Shown in pieces: positions 48,615 through 57,982 of a stretch of DNA of 64,000 bases. Origin of the DNA: Polyangia bacterium. Lineage in GTDB: Bacteria > Myxococcota_A > Polyangia > JAHFDS01 > DATFWX01. The notes beneath the pieces are model-generated. The model saw nothing but the letters and a program-made list of their open reading frames with translations. It was not told the DNA's origin and searched no databases. The translations under genes and the position numbers were made by a program. The stretch covers positions 2,706 through 66,705 of the forward strand of contig DATFWX010000142.1 of assembly GCA_035258845.1 (NCBI GenBank). The letters are read 5' to 3'. Position 1 is the stretch's first letter, and every line of letters begins with the position of its first letter.

Positions 48615-50611
48615 TGACATCCACTCTGTTCCTGCTCGCGCTGCGCGGGCTCACGCTCGGAGACCAGTTCCAGGTGACGCGCATCGGCGCGCTGGCGGTC
48701 TCGCCCGACGGCAAGACCCTGGTCTACGAGGCGTCCACTCTCGATCGCGAGGCCAACAGCCGGCACGTCGACCTGTGGGCGCTGGCGACTGCAGGCGGCA
48801 CCCCGCGCCGGCTCACCAGCGCCGGCAAGCTCAACGAGCATCCCAGCTTCGCGCCCGACTCGCAGCGCATCGCCTACGCCAGCGATCGGGACGGCACGCC
48901 CCAGATCTGGATCCACGATCTCGCACGCGCCACCGACACCCGCTTGACCCAGCTCGCGCTGGGCGCCTCCGGGCCCGTGGTTTCGGCCGACGGCAAGTGG
49001 ATCGCGTTTACCTCCGAGATGTTCATCGGTTGCAAGGACGAAGCGTGCAACCACGCGCGCGTGGAAGCGGCCAAAACCGCCAAGGTCAAGGCGCGCGAGT
49101 TCGACCAGCTCTACGTGCGCCACTGGATGGAATGGAAGGACAAGCGCATGCACCTTTTCGTGATGCCCGCGGCCGGCGGCCCCCCGCGCGACCTCACGCC
49201 GGGTGGCGAGGACGCCCCGACCTGGCGCCTGCACGAGCCCGACGACTACGGCTTCACGGCGGACAGCAGCGCGCTCGTGTTCGCGACCAAGGCCGCCCGC
49301 GGCGAGGCCTGGAGCACCAACTCCGATCTGTGGGAGGTCAAGGTCACGGGCGGAGCCGCGCGCCGGCTGACCCAGAACCCGGGTGACGACGCGTCCCCAC
49401 GCGTGGCGCCCGACGGCAAGCTTGTGGCCTACCGCGCGCAGGCGCGCGCCGGGTACGAGTCGGACCGGTGGCGCCTCCAGGTGCTCGATCGCACGCAGAA
49501 ACGAGCGCCGCGCGAGGTCGCGACCGGGTTCGACAGGTGGGTGGGCGAGCTCGGGTGGGCGCCCGACGGCCGCACGCTCTATCTTGCGGCCGAGGACCGG
49601 GGCCGCTCGGTGCTGTGGGCGGTGGCGCCTTCCGGTGGCGAGCCCCGTGCGCTCTCGGGCGGCGAGCTCTCTGTGGACGGGTTCGTGGCCGCCGGTGGCG
49701 GTGTGGTCTACTTCGCCGGCTCGGCCTCCGACCGGCCGCCCGAGATCTACCGGGCCCAAAGCTCCGGCAGCGCAGCGCCCCAGCAGCTGACGCATCTGGG
49801 TGATGCGCTCAAGCACGCGGTCGAGCTGCGCAGGGTGGAGCCGCTCGAGACCACCGGTGCCGACGGCGCGCCCATCCACGGCTTTCTGCTCAAGCCGACC
49901 GGCTTCCGCCCCGGCGTTCGTTATCCGACCCTGCTCCTGGTGCACGGCGGGCCGCAAGGTGCGTGGCTCGACGATTGGGGCTCGATCCGCTGGTCGCCGC
50001 AGCTGTACGCGGCGCGTGGGTATGTGGTCGTGCTGGGCAACCCGCGCGGGTCGACCGGATGGGGGCAAGCGTACACGGAGGCGGTCAGCCGCGACTGGGG
50101 CGGCAAGCCGCTCGATGATCTTCTCCGTCTGGTCGACGCGGCCGCCAAGCTGCCCTACGTCGATGGGCACCGCATGTGCGCGCTGGGGGCCTCGTATGGC
50201 GGCTACATGATCAATTGGATGCAGGGCCACACCGATCGCTTTCGCTGCCTGGTCAGCCACGCCGGACCGTTCGATCAGTGGAGCATGTATTTTCAAACCG
50301 AGGAGCTGTGGTTCCCGGAGTGGGAGATGGGCGGGACCCCGTGGCAGACGGGGGCCGCCTACGACAAGTGGTCGCCGTCGCACCATGTCGAGCGGTTCAA
50401 GACCCCGCAGCTGGTCACGCACGGAGAGCTGGATTTTCGTGTGCCGGTGGGGGAGGCCCTGGGCATGTTCACCGCGCTGCAGAGGCGCGGGGTGGCCTCC
50501 AAGCTGCTCCTGTTTCCCGACGAGGGCCATTTCGTGAGCAAGCCCCAGAATGTCGAGCGCTGGCTGGGCACGATCTGGACGTGGCTCGATCAGCACCTCA
50601 AGCCACGGTAG
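48611..50611 (+). CDS. S9 family serine peptidase (prolyl oligopeptidase/dipeptidyl-peptidase-like; beta-propeller plus alpha/beta hydrolase)
   Basis: N-terminal WD40-like TolB-type propeller repeats (SPDGKTLVY, APDSQRIAY, SADGKWIAF). Catalytic GASYGGYM (GxSxGG) and C-terminal D...H (LLFPDEGHF). Confidence 0.85.
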   Translation: MMTSTLFLLALRGLTLGDQFQVTRIGALAVSPDGKTLVYEASTLDREANSRHVDLWALATAGGTPRRLTSAGKLNEHPSFAPDSQRIAYASDRDGTPQIWIHDLARATDTRLTQLALGASGPVVSADGKWIAFTSEMFIGCKDEACNHARVEAAKTAKVKAREFDQLYVRHWMEWKDKRMHLFVMPAAGGPPRDLTPGGEDAPTWRLHEPDDYGFTADSSALVFATKAARGEAWSTNSDLWEVKVTGGAARRLTQNPGDDASPRVAPDGKLVAYRAQARAGYESDRWRLQVLDRTQKRAPREVATGFDRWVGELGWAPDGRTLYLAAEDRGRSVLWAVAPSGGEPRALSGGELSVDGFVAAGGGVVYFAGSASDRPPEIYRAQSSGSAAPQQLTHLGDALKHAVELRRVEPLETTGADGAPIHGFLLKPTGFRPGVRYPTLLLVHGGPQGAWLDDWGSIRWSPQLYAARGYVVVLGNPRGSTGWGQAYTEAVSRDWGGKPLDDLLRLVDAAAKLPYVDGHRMCALGASYGGYMINWMQGHTDRFRCLVSHAGPFDQWSMYFQTEELWFPEWEMGGTPWQTGAAYDKWSPSHHVERFKTPQLVTHGELDFRVPVGEALGMFTALQRRGVASKLLLFPDEGHFVSKPQNVERWLGTIWTWLDQHLKPR

Positions 50612-50619
50612 GATGGCCC

Positions 50620-51186
50620 GTGCTCCGGTGGTTGGCCCTGCTTGGCTGCGCGGGCGCGTGCCATTTCGACTCTTCGGGCGCGGTGCCGCGCGGTCCGGGG
50701 TCTGACGCCGCGCCGGTCGACGCTGCACCGGAGGCGCTGCCGGCCGATGCCATGCCCGACGCGAGCCCACCCGACGGCCCCGTGGTCGACGCCGCCTGCG
50801 CCAGCTCCTGCACGACCTGCCCAGGCTGCTGCTACGAGCTATGCACGAACATGGACACGTGCTCCCGGGCGTGCTCGACCGCCGGTTGCACCTGCTCGTT
50901 CGATTGCGACAACGGGTCCCAGTGCAGTTACATGTGCAGCGGCGGGGCCAATTGCGTGCTGGTGGCGCGCTCGACTGCACAGATGGCGCCGAACTGCTCG
51001 GGGCAGGCCACCTGTTACGTCGATTGCACCGACCCGACCACGCTATGCACCGGCGTGATGTGCTCGGGTCAAGCCCACTGTCTGCTCAAGTGCGGCGGCA
51101 ACCCGAACTGCTCGTTCGACGGCACGTGCAGCGCGCCCCAAAGCTGTGGCGGCGGCACCGTCGTGTGCCGTCGCGGCTGCCCGTAG
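50620..51186 (+). CDS. Cys-rich lipoprotein (Pro/Ala linker plus about 40 Cys in short CxxxC/CxC repeats)
   Basis: Probable GTG start: LRWLALLGCAGAC has lipobox LLGC. Then ...CASSCTTCPGCCYELCTNMDTCSRACSTAGCTCSFDCDNGSQCSYMCSGGANC...GTVVCRRGCP. Confidence 0.5.
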   Translation: MLRWLALLGCAGACHFDSSGAVPRGPGSDAAPVDAAPEALPADAMPDASPPDGPVVDAACASSCTTCPGCCYELCTNMDTCSRACSTAGCTCSFDCDNGSQCSYMCSGGANCVLVARSTAQMAPNCSGQATCYVDCTDPTTLCTGVMCSGQAHCLLKCGGNPNCSFDGTCSAPQSCGGGTVVCRRGCP

Positions 51187-51188
51187 CG

Positions 51189-52322
51189 CTACTTGCGTGC
51201 GCTGATCGCCGGCACCTGCAGCTCGCGCTCGCCGCGGTAGATCTGGCCGGGCCGGAAGATCCGGTTATCTTCCATCTGCTCGATCCAATGGGCCAGCCAG
51301 CCGGCCACGCGCGAGATCGCGAAGATGGGGGTGAAGAGATCGGCAGGGATGCCGAGCAGCTCGTATACGATACCCGAGTAGAAGTCGACGTTCGGGTAGA
51401 TCCCTTTGGGGCCCAGCTGGTCGGTCACCACCTTCTCGACCTCCATGGCCACCGAGTAAAGGGGCGTGCCGCCCTTGCGATCGGCAAGCTGCCCGGCCAG
51501 ACGCTGCAGGATGTTGGCACGCGGATCCTTGGTCCGATACACGCGGTGGCCAAATCCCATGATCTTTTGTTTGTTCGCGATTCGCGGCTCCACCCACTCG
51601 CGCACGCGCCGGGGCTCGCCGATCTCGCGCAGCATCCCGATGACGCGCTCGTTAGCGCCGCCGTGCAAGGGCCCGGTCAGGGTGCCCACCGCCGATGACA
51701 CCGACGAGTAGGCATCGGCTTCGGTCGACGCGGTGACGCGCGCCGAGAAGGTGGACGCATTCATCGAATGCTCGGCGTGCAGTACCAGGGCGACGTCGAA
51801 GACGCGCGCCTCGAACGGATCGGGCGTGTGCTCGCTCAGCATGTACAAAAAATTCTGGGCGTGGTCGAGGTCGTCGCGGGGATGGATGTTCTCGTCGCCG
51901 TAACGCAGCCGGTGGTAGGCCGCCACGATGGTGGGCAGCTTGGCGATCAGCCGCACCGCCGGCTCGAGCTCGAACTTCTTCTTGCCCGCGTAGAACATGC
52001 CCAGCGCAGCCACGCCCGCTTGCAGCGCCTCCATCGGGTGGCCGGTTTCGGGCAGGCATTTGAGCAGGTCGACCAGCTTGTACTTGAGACGCCGGTGGCG
52101 TGACAGCGTGCCGCGCCACTGATCGAGCTCGGCGCGGTTGGGCAGCTTGCCGCGGATGAGGAGGTAGGCGGTCTCCTCGTACGAAGACTTCTCGGCCAGC
52201 TCTTCGATCGGGTAGCCGCGGTACTCGAGGATCCCCTTCTCACCGTCGATGAAGCAGATGCGCGATTCGGCGGCGGGGACGCCGGCCAGCCCGGGCACGA
52301 ACGCCTTCTCGGCTTGTGGCAT
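51189..52322 (-). CDS. gltA: Citrate synthase
   Basis: MPQAEKAFVPGLAGVPAAESRICFIDGEKGILEYRGYPIEELAEKSSYEETAYLL... plus GFGHRVYRTKDPRA (citrate synthase signature). Confidence 0.9.
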   Translation of the reverse strand: MPQAEKAFVPGLAGVPAAESRICFIDGEKGILEYRGYPIEELAEKSSYEETAYLLIRGKLPNRAELDQWRGTLSRHRRLKYKLVDLLKCLPETGHPMEALQAGVAALGMFYAGKKKFELEPAVRLIAKLPTIVAAYHRLRYGDENIHPRDDLDHAQNFLYMLSEHTPDPFEARVFDVALVLHAEHSMNASTFSARVTASTEADAYSSVSSAVGTLTGPLHGGANERVIGMLREIGEPRRVREWVEPRIANKQKIMGFGHRVYRTKDPRANILQRLAGQLADRKGGTPLYSVAMEVEKVVTDQLGPKGIYPNVDFYSGIVYELLGIPADLFTPIFAISRVAGWLAHWIEQMEDNRIFRPGQIYRGERELQVPAISARK

Positions 52323-52356
52323 GAAACCTCCTCCAACGAGCCAGAGCCAGAATAGC

Positions 52357-52719
52357 TCACGTGCGCGCTTGAGGGAACTCGCAAACCACCGTGGTATGGA
52401 TGCCGCCGCGCACGTTGAAATCGCCGGTCACCTGGGCCCGGCGGGGCGCCAGCGCCTGCACCAGGTCGTCCAGGATGCGATTGACGACCGCTTCGTGGAA
52501 CGCACCCTGATCGCGGTAGGACCACAGATAGAGCTTGAACGACTTCAGCTCGACGCACAGGCGGTCGGGCACGTACTCGACCTGGATGGTCGCGAAGTCG
52601 GGCTGCCCGGTTTTCGGGCACAGGCAGGTGAACTCCGGGCACTCGAAGCGGATCACATAGTCGCGCTCCGGCTTCGGATTGGGAAACGTTTCCAGCGTGC
52701 GCGACGGCTGGGTCGGCAT
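52357..52719 (-). CDS. queF: NADPH-dependent 7-cyano-7-deazaguanine reductase
   Basis: ETFPNP...[48 protein letters not shown] is a type I QueF with catalytic Cys and E(S/L)K(S)hK(L/Y)(Y/F/W) motif. Confidence 0.85.
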   Translation of the reverse strand: MPTQPSRTLETFPNPKPERDYVIRFECPEFTCLCPKTGQPDFATIQVEYVPDRLCVELKSFKLYLWSYRDQGAFHEAVVNRILDDLVQALAPRRAQVTGDFNVRGGIHTTVVCEFPQART

Positions 52720-52744
52720 CTGGATTTGGTTTTAGCACGGCTCT

Positions 52745-55700
52745 TCAGCGGAAGTCGCGCGAAACCTCGGGGCCCGCGCCCGAACGCCAGGGTGCAAAAC
52801 GGCGGCCGCGCACCGAAATCACGCCGTCCTGCTTTTGCAGCGTGCCGTCGATGATGAGCACGGCCGCACCGAGCAGGGTGGAGCGCGCGCCCTGGAAGCG
52901 CTTGGGCGTGATGATGACGTTGGCAAAGCCGGTCTCGTCCTCGAGCGTGACGAAGCAGAAGCCCTTGGCGGTGCCGGGGCGCTGGCGCACGATGGCGACG
53001 CCGCCCACTCGCACGGACGCCCGGTCGGGCAGGGCAGCCAGATCGCAGGCACGCGTAACCCCTGCCCGCGCCAGGGCCGTCCGCTCGAGCGCCATCGGGT
53101 GCGGGCCGCAGGTCAGGCCCAGCACCGCATAGTCGGCAGCCAGCGTCTCGTCGGGCGTCATGGCGGCGAGCGGCGACGGCTCGGGCTCGGGCGGCGGGTC
53201 GAGCGGCCCCGCGCCATCAAGCGCGTGGACCCGCCAGAGCGCCGCCCGCCGGTCCCGATCGAACGCGCCCAGCGCGCCCGCCTCGGCCAGCGCCTCCAGG
53301 TCGCAGCGCCGGAGCGCGGCCCGGCGCGCCAGCTCCTCGAGCGACTGAAAGGGTGTGCGCGCCCGCTCGTCCTCGATGCGCCGGCCGGCCGCCTCGGGCA
53401 GGCCGCCCACGTACTTGAGCCCGATGCGCAGCGCGCGCTGCTCGACCGTGCACAGCCAGTTCGAGCGGGTCACGTCGGGCGGCCGCACATCCACCCCGTG
53501 GCGCTCGGCATCCTTGATCAGCGTCGACGGGTGGTAAAAGCCGAGCGGCCAGTTGTTGAGCATGGCGCAGGTGAAGATGGCCGGGTGGTGCGCCTTCAGG
53601 TAGGCCGACGCGTAGACGATGAGCGCGAAGCTGGCCGCGTGCGACTCCGGGAAGCCATAATCCGCGAACGCCATCAGCTGCTGCCAGATCTGCTGGCAGG
53701 CCGGCTCCGAGATGCCGCGCTTGCGCATGCCTTCGAGCAGACGGTCCTGGATCTCGGCCATGCGCTGGCGCGAGCGCTTGTGGCCCATGGCGCGGCGCAG
53801 CTCCTCGGCCTGGGCGGCCGAGAAACCGGCCGCCTCCATGGCAATGCGCATGCCCTGCTCCTGGAACAGCGGCACCCCGAGCGTGCGGCGCAGGATCGGC
53901 TCCAGGGACGGATGCGCGTACGTGATCGGCTCGCGCCCGGCGCGCCGGTTTAAGTATGGGTGCACCGAGTGGCCCTGGATGGGGCCGGGCCGGATGATCG
54001 CGACTTCGACCACGATGTCGTAAAAATGTTTGGGCTTCAGGCGCGGCAGACAGCTCATCTGCGCGCGCGACTCGACCTGGAACAGACCCACCGTGTCGGC
54101 GCGCTGCAGCATGTCGTAGACTGCCGGGTCGCCCGGCGGCAGCGTGGCCAGATCCAGCTCCACGCCCGCGTGCGTGCGCACGAGCGGGATGCAGTCGGCC
54201 AGCACCGCCATCATGCCCAGACCCAGAAGGTCGACCTTGACGATCTTGAGATCCGCGCAGTCGTCCTTGTCCCACTGAACGACCACGCGGTCGGGCATGG
54301 CGGCCGCTTCCAGCGGCACCACCTCGTCGAGCCGGCCGGCCGTGACCACCATGCCGCCCGAGTGTTGCGACAGATGACGCGGCAGCCCCTCGATCTGGGC
54401 GGCCAGCTCGAGAAGCAGCTTCACGCGGGGTGCGGACGCATCGAGCCCGGCCTCGCTGAGCTGGGCTCGGATCGAGTCGGCGTCGTCGGTAAACTCGAAT
54501 GGTGACAGCAACTTGGCCAGTCGATCGATGAGCTCTTCCGGCAGCCCCAGCACCTTGCCGAGATCGCGCACTGCGCTGCGCCCGCGGTAGGTGATGACCT
54601 CCGCGGTCATGGCTGCGCCGTGCCGGCCGTAGCGGCGGTAGACGTACTGGATGACCTCCTCGCGCGGATCGCCCGACGGCAGATCGAGATCGATGTCGGG
54701 CCACTCGCCGCGCGCCTCCGACAGAAAGCGCTCGAAGAGGAGCTCCATGCCGATGGGATCGACGGCTGTGATGCCGAGCGCGTAGCAGACCGCGCTGTTG
54801 GCGGCCGAGCCGCGTCCCTGCACCAGGATGCCGCGCGAGCGCGCGAACTCGACCAGGTCCCAGACGATGAGAAAGTAGCCGGCCAGATCGAGCCGCGTGA
54901 TCAGGTCGAGCTCGTGCTCGAGCTGCCTGTGCACGCGCGCAGGCAGCGGGTCCCCGTAGCGACGGCGGGCACCCTCCTGGGCCAGCTGGCGCAGGTGCGC
55001 GGCCTGCGTTCTGCCCTCGGGAACCGGGTAGGGCGGGAAGCGATAGCCGAGGTCGTCGAGCGTGAAGGCGCAACGCTCGCCGAGCGCGTGCGCGTTGGCG
55101 ATGGCCTCGGGGAGATCGTGAAAGCGCGCCGCCATTTCGGCGGGTGATGGGAGATGGAACTCGCAATTGGGCAGAAGGCGGGTGCCGGCCTCGTCGAGCG
55201 TGGTGAGATGGCGAATGCAGGTGAGCGCATCGTACAGCCGCCGCCGGTCGGCGCGGGCGTAGCGCACGTCCCCGGTCGCGACCACGGGCAGGCTGAGGCG
55301 CCGCGCACGGGCGAGCAGGCGCTGGTTCAACCGCTCTTCGTCGGGCAGGAGGTGGCGCGATAGCTCGAGCGCGGTCGCGCGCGGCCACAATGCGGCCGTC
55401 CGATCGACCAGGGCCGGGTGGCGGCACAGCGCAACCAGCCCGGCCGCGTTTTCCTCGAGCGCGTCCCAGCTCGCGCACGGCCTTTCGCGCGGGTTCTCGA
55501 GATGGGCCCGCGAAAGCAGCCGGCACAGATTCTTGTAGCCGCGCTGCGACTCGCACAGGAGCAGCAGGCGGCCGCCGCCGGGCACAGCCACGTCCGCGCC
55601 AACCAGCGGCCGAAGCCCGACCGCGCGCGCGGCTTTCCAGAAGCGGGGCGCTCCGTAGATCCCGTCGCGATCGGTCAGCGCGAGCGCCGACAGGCCCAGC

Positions 55701-55813
55701 TCGGCCGCGCGCCCGACCAGATCCTCGGGCAGCGAGGCGCCATCGCGGAACGAGAAGGCCGATTGGCAATGCAGCTCGGCGTAGGTCAATCGAACATCCC
55801 CACCACCTGCCAT
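52745..55813 (-). CDS. dnaE2: Error-prone DNA polymerase III alpha-like subunit DnaE2 (ImuC)
   Basis: PHP domain: TYAELHCQSAFSFRDGASLPEDLV...LALTDRDGIYG. Pol III alpha core. Encoded directly downstream of imuA-imuB. Probable ATG at 55813. Confidence 0.85.
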   Translation of the reverse strand: MAGGGDVRLTYAELHCQSAFSFRDGASLPEDLVGRAAELGLSALALTDRDGIYGAPRFWKAARAVGLRPLVGADVAVPGGGRLLLLCESQRGYKNLCRLLSRAHLENPRERPCASWDALEENAAGLVALCRHPALVDRTAALWPRATALELSRHLLPDEERLNQRLLARARRLSLPVVATGDVRYARADRRRLYDALTCIRHLTTLDEAGTRLLPNCEFHLPSPAEMAARFHDLPEAIANAHALGERCAFTLDDLGYRFPPYPVPEGRTQAAHLRQLAQEGARRRYGDPLPARVHRQLEHELDLITRLDLAGYFLIVWDLVEFARSRGILVQGRGSAANSAVCYALGITAVDPIGMELLFERFLSEARGEWPDIDLDLPSGDPREEVIQYVYRRYGRHGAAMTAEVITYRGRSAVRDLGKVLGLPEELIDRLAKLLSPFEFTDDADSIRAQLSEAGLDASAPRVKLLLELAAQIEGLPRHLSQHSGGMVVTAGRLDEVVPLEAAAMPDRVVVQWDKDDCADLKIVKVDLLGLGMMAVLADCIPLVRTHAGVELDLATLPPGDPAVYDMLQRADTVGLFQVESRAQMSCLPRLKPKHFYDIVVEVAIIRPGPIQGHSVHPYLNRRAGREPITYAHPSLEPILRRTLGVPLFQEQGMRIAMEAAGFSAAQAEELRRAMGHKRSRQRMAEIQDRLLEGMRKRGISEPACQQIWQQLMAFADYGFPESHAASFALIVYASAYLKAHHPAIFTCAMLNNWPLGFYHPSTLIKDAERHGVDVRPPDVTRSNWLCTVEQRALRIGLKYVGGLPEAAGRRIEDERARTPFQSLEELARRAALRRCDLEALAEAGALGAFDRDRRAALWRVHALDGAGPLDPPPEPEPSPLAAMTPDETLAADYAVLGLTCGPHPMALERTALARAGVTRACDLAALPDRASVRVGGVAIVRQRPGTAKGFCFVTLEDETGFANVIITPKRFQGARSTLLGAAVLIIDGTLQKQDGVISVRGRRFAPWRSGAGPEVSRDFR

Positions 55814-57192
55814 CGCTCCAGGTTGCGACAGACCAGGTAGATGGCTCCGCTTACGGTGCGGACCTCGTAGTAGTCGCGCTCGAACGGCTCGCGCCACCAA
55901 TCGGCGCTGAGCCGCCAGGGTCCGGCGTGCGCGGTCACGCGGGCGCCCTGGACCTTGGCCAGCGCGTCTAGCTCCTCGGTCGGTGGCAGCCAGCGCAGCG
56001 CCACCACCTTGTGCGGGCCCGCCGGGGCGGTCGCTGCCGCCGTGCGCGGCGGGGCAAACGGGATCAGCCGCTGCGCATCCGGCCGGTGCGAGTCCAGGAC
56101 CTGGGGCGAGCCCACGTGGCCTGGGCCCACGATGGCCTCTACACGGGCCACCGTGGCCTGCAGGGTTTCGGGCGGCGGCGGCACCGGATCGAACAGCGAC
56201 AACTGATCGGTTGCCGGCGGCGCCGGGCGCGCCACGATTGCAATCCCGGTCACCCCGCGATCGGGCGGCTGTGCGGCCACGGCCAGTCGCACCAGCGTGG
56301 TCATGGTCGCTACCTGTCGGGTGGGCGCGCGCAGCGGCACCTGGATCTCGTGCATCCCGCGCGGATCGAGCGCAAGCCGCACCTCCAGCGCCGAGGCCGC
56401 CAGCGCGCGACAGTGAAGCCGCGCCACCAGCCGTTCGAGCAGCCCGCGCACCACGAACGCCAGCGACTCCACGTCATAGAGCGCCCAGTCCAGCTCGATC
56501 GCCTCCTCGAACCGCAGCGGAGCCGGGGCCGGGCACAGGGGATCGTCGCCCCTGGTCTGGCCGCCGATGGCCGCCCGCGCGCGCCGCGCCAGACGCGCCC
56601 CTTCCTCGCCCAGCCGCCGCCCGACCGCAGGCGGCGCCAGCGCGGCCAGATCGGCCACCTTGCGCACCCCCCAGCGGGCCAGCCGAGAGGCCGCCTCCGG
56701 CGACGGCTCGAGCGCTTCCACCGGCAGCACTCCCACCACCACCTCGCGCCAACGCGCACGCAGCTTGGCCGCAAACTTGCCGCTGCCGATGCCGACTCGC
56801 ACGGAAAGCCCCACCCGCTGCGCGGCTGCGAGCACGGCTTTCTGTAAGTCCTGCGCGGTCTCGTGCAAACGCCCGAGGCCGCTGGCATCGAAATAGATCC
56901 AGCCCGGCTCGGCCGCCTCCACGTGCGGGGAGAACCCATAGGCCACATCGGCCAGCGCAGCCGCGGCCGCACGCACGATCTCGCGGGCCGGCGTGCGCAG
57001 CGTAAGGTGCGGGCAAACCGCCAGGGCGGCGGTTGCGGTCATGCCGGGACGCACCTCTTGCCGGGCCGCGGCGAACGTCATCGCCGTCACCTGTCCCTGC
57101 TCGAGGATGGCCACCGCCTGTCCACGCAGCTCGGGCTCGGCGCGCAAAAGCGCCTGCAGCGGCAGCGAGGGCGCCCACAGACACGCGATCAT
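55786..57192 (-). CDS. imuB: Y-family-polymerase-like protein ImuB
   Basis: MIACLWAPSLPLQALLRAEPELRGQAVAILEQ... is a UmuC/DinB-like fold lacking catalytic acidic residues, typical of ImuB. Start is the ATG at 57192 inside the longer 709-aa ORF. Overlaps the imuA stop by 4 nt. Confidence 0.7.
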   Translation of the reverse strand: MIACLWAPSLPLQALLRAEPELRGQAVAILEQGQVTAMTFAAARQEVRPGMTATAALAVCPHLTLRTPAREIVRAAAAALADVAYGFSPHVEAAEPGWIYFDASGLGRLHETAQDLQKAVLAAAQRVGLSVRVGIGSGKFAAKLRARWREVVVGVLPVEALEPSPEAASRLARWGVRKVADLAALAPPAVGRRLGEEGARLARRARAAIGGQTRGDDPLCPAPAPLRFEEAIELDWALYDVESLAFVVRGLLERLVARLHCRALAASALEVRLALDPRGMHEIQVPLRAPTRQVATMTTLVRLAVAAQPPDRGVTGIAIVARPAPPATDQLSLFDPVPPPPETLQATVARVEAIVGPGHVGSPQVLDSHRPDAQRLIPFAPPRTAAATAPAGPHKVVALRWLPPTEELDALAKVQGARVTAHAGPWRLSADWWREPFERDYYEVRTVSGAIYLVCRNLERWQVVGMFD

Positions 57193-57863
57193 GAGCCTCT
57201 CCTCAGAAGGTCCAGCGGCGCCAGAGCGATCTCGGTGCCGGCTGCCGCCTCCATGAGCGGCGTGCGCCGCTTGGCGCGCGCGATCTCGGCGCAGGCCGTG
57301 ATCTGTCCGAGCAGCGAAGGGCCCAGCTCGACGTTCCGATGGCCCAGTCGCAGCGTGACCTGGGCGAACGTGCCCGCTTCTGCCCGCTCGCCCAGCACGA
57401 GCAGGCACGCGTCCGCCTGCTCGGCCCGCCGCGCCAGCCGTGCCCAGGCACTGTCGGGCACGCGCCCATGCGCCCCCACTCGATCCAGCACCAGAAGCTC
57501 GAAGCCGCCGCCGGCCAGCACCACGTCGGCCGCGCGCAGCGCTTCTCCGAGCCCGCGCGCCTGCGCCAGCAGCAGCCGCGTGCAGTCGACCCCGGCTCGG
57601 ACCGCGCTGCGGGCGTCGAACCCGTACGCGGCGTCGACCCAGGCCACCAAAGCTCCGCGGCCGGTGGCGGCGGCAGCGGCCTGCAGGGCCAGCGAGGCAC
57701 GTCCGCTCCCGGTCGCTTCGACCATCGCCCCGCGCGCAAGCCCCCCACCGAGCACGGCGTCGAGCGCGGCCACGCCGCTCGACACGCGTACCGGGCGCCG
57801 CTCGATGGCGTCGGCCGAGCGTACCCGTGCCCCCAGATCGGCTCGCAGGCGCGCCAGCGCCAT
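57189..57863 (-). CDS. imuA: SulA/RecA-like cell-division inhibitor-type protein ImuA
   Basis: VSSGVAALDAVLGGGLARGAMVEATGSGRASLALQ is a RecA-like P-loop region, characteristic of ImuA. First gene of the cassette. Confidence 0.65.
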   Translation of the reverse strand: MALARLRADLGARVRSADAIERRPVRVSSGVAALDAVLGGGLARGAMVEATGSGRASLALQAAAAATGRGALVAWVDAAYGFDARSAVRAGVDCTRLLLAQARGLGEALRAADVVLAGGGFELLVLDRVGAHGRVPDSAWARLARRAEQADACLLVLGERAEAGTFAQVTLRLGHRNVELGPSLLGQITACAEIARAKRRTPLMEAAAGTEIALAPLDLLRRGS

Positions 57864-57892
57864 GGTTTTGGGCTGCACAAGAGATCAGGTTA

Positions 57893-57909
57893 CTGCTTAT
57901 TTGTTCAGC
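57893..57909. promoter_or_regulatory. LexA-box-like site (CTGCTTATTTGTTCAGC) in the imuA upstream/divergent region
   Basis: 15/17 match to the Myxococcus-type SOS box CTRHAMRYBYGTTCAGS. Located 30-46 nt upstream of the imuA start, in an unusually AT-rich 110-bp region. Confidence 0.4.
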
Positions 57910-57982
57910 ATGCAACGGTGGATTTTTGGCTTGTCAAAAATTGAATTCTAAGATACATTTATATCAGGGGGACATTGAGCTC

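Noticed and set aside
48308-50980. 890-aa minus-strand ORF
   Set aside because: Antisense to the S9 peptidase gene, with no motifs. Its 5' part merely re-reads the tandem repeat.
53217-55769. 850-aa minus-strand ORF in an alternative frame of dnaE2
   Set aside because: It is out of frame within the well-supported DnaE2 coding sequence, and its translation is Arg/Ala/Gly-rich low-complexity sequence.
55983-57005. 340-aa plus-strand ORF
   Set aside because: It runs antisense to imuB, and its translation is low-complexity with no motif.
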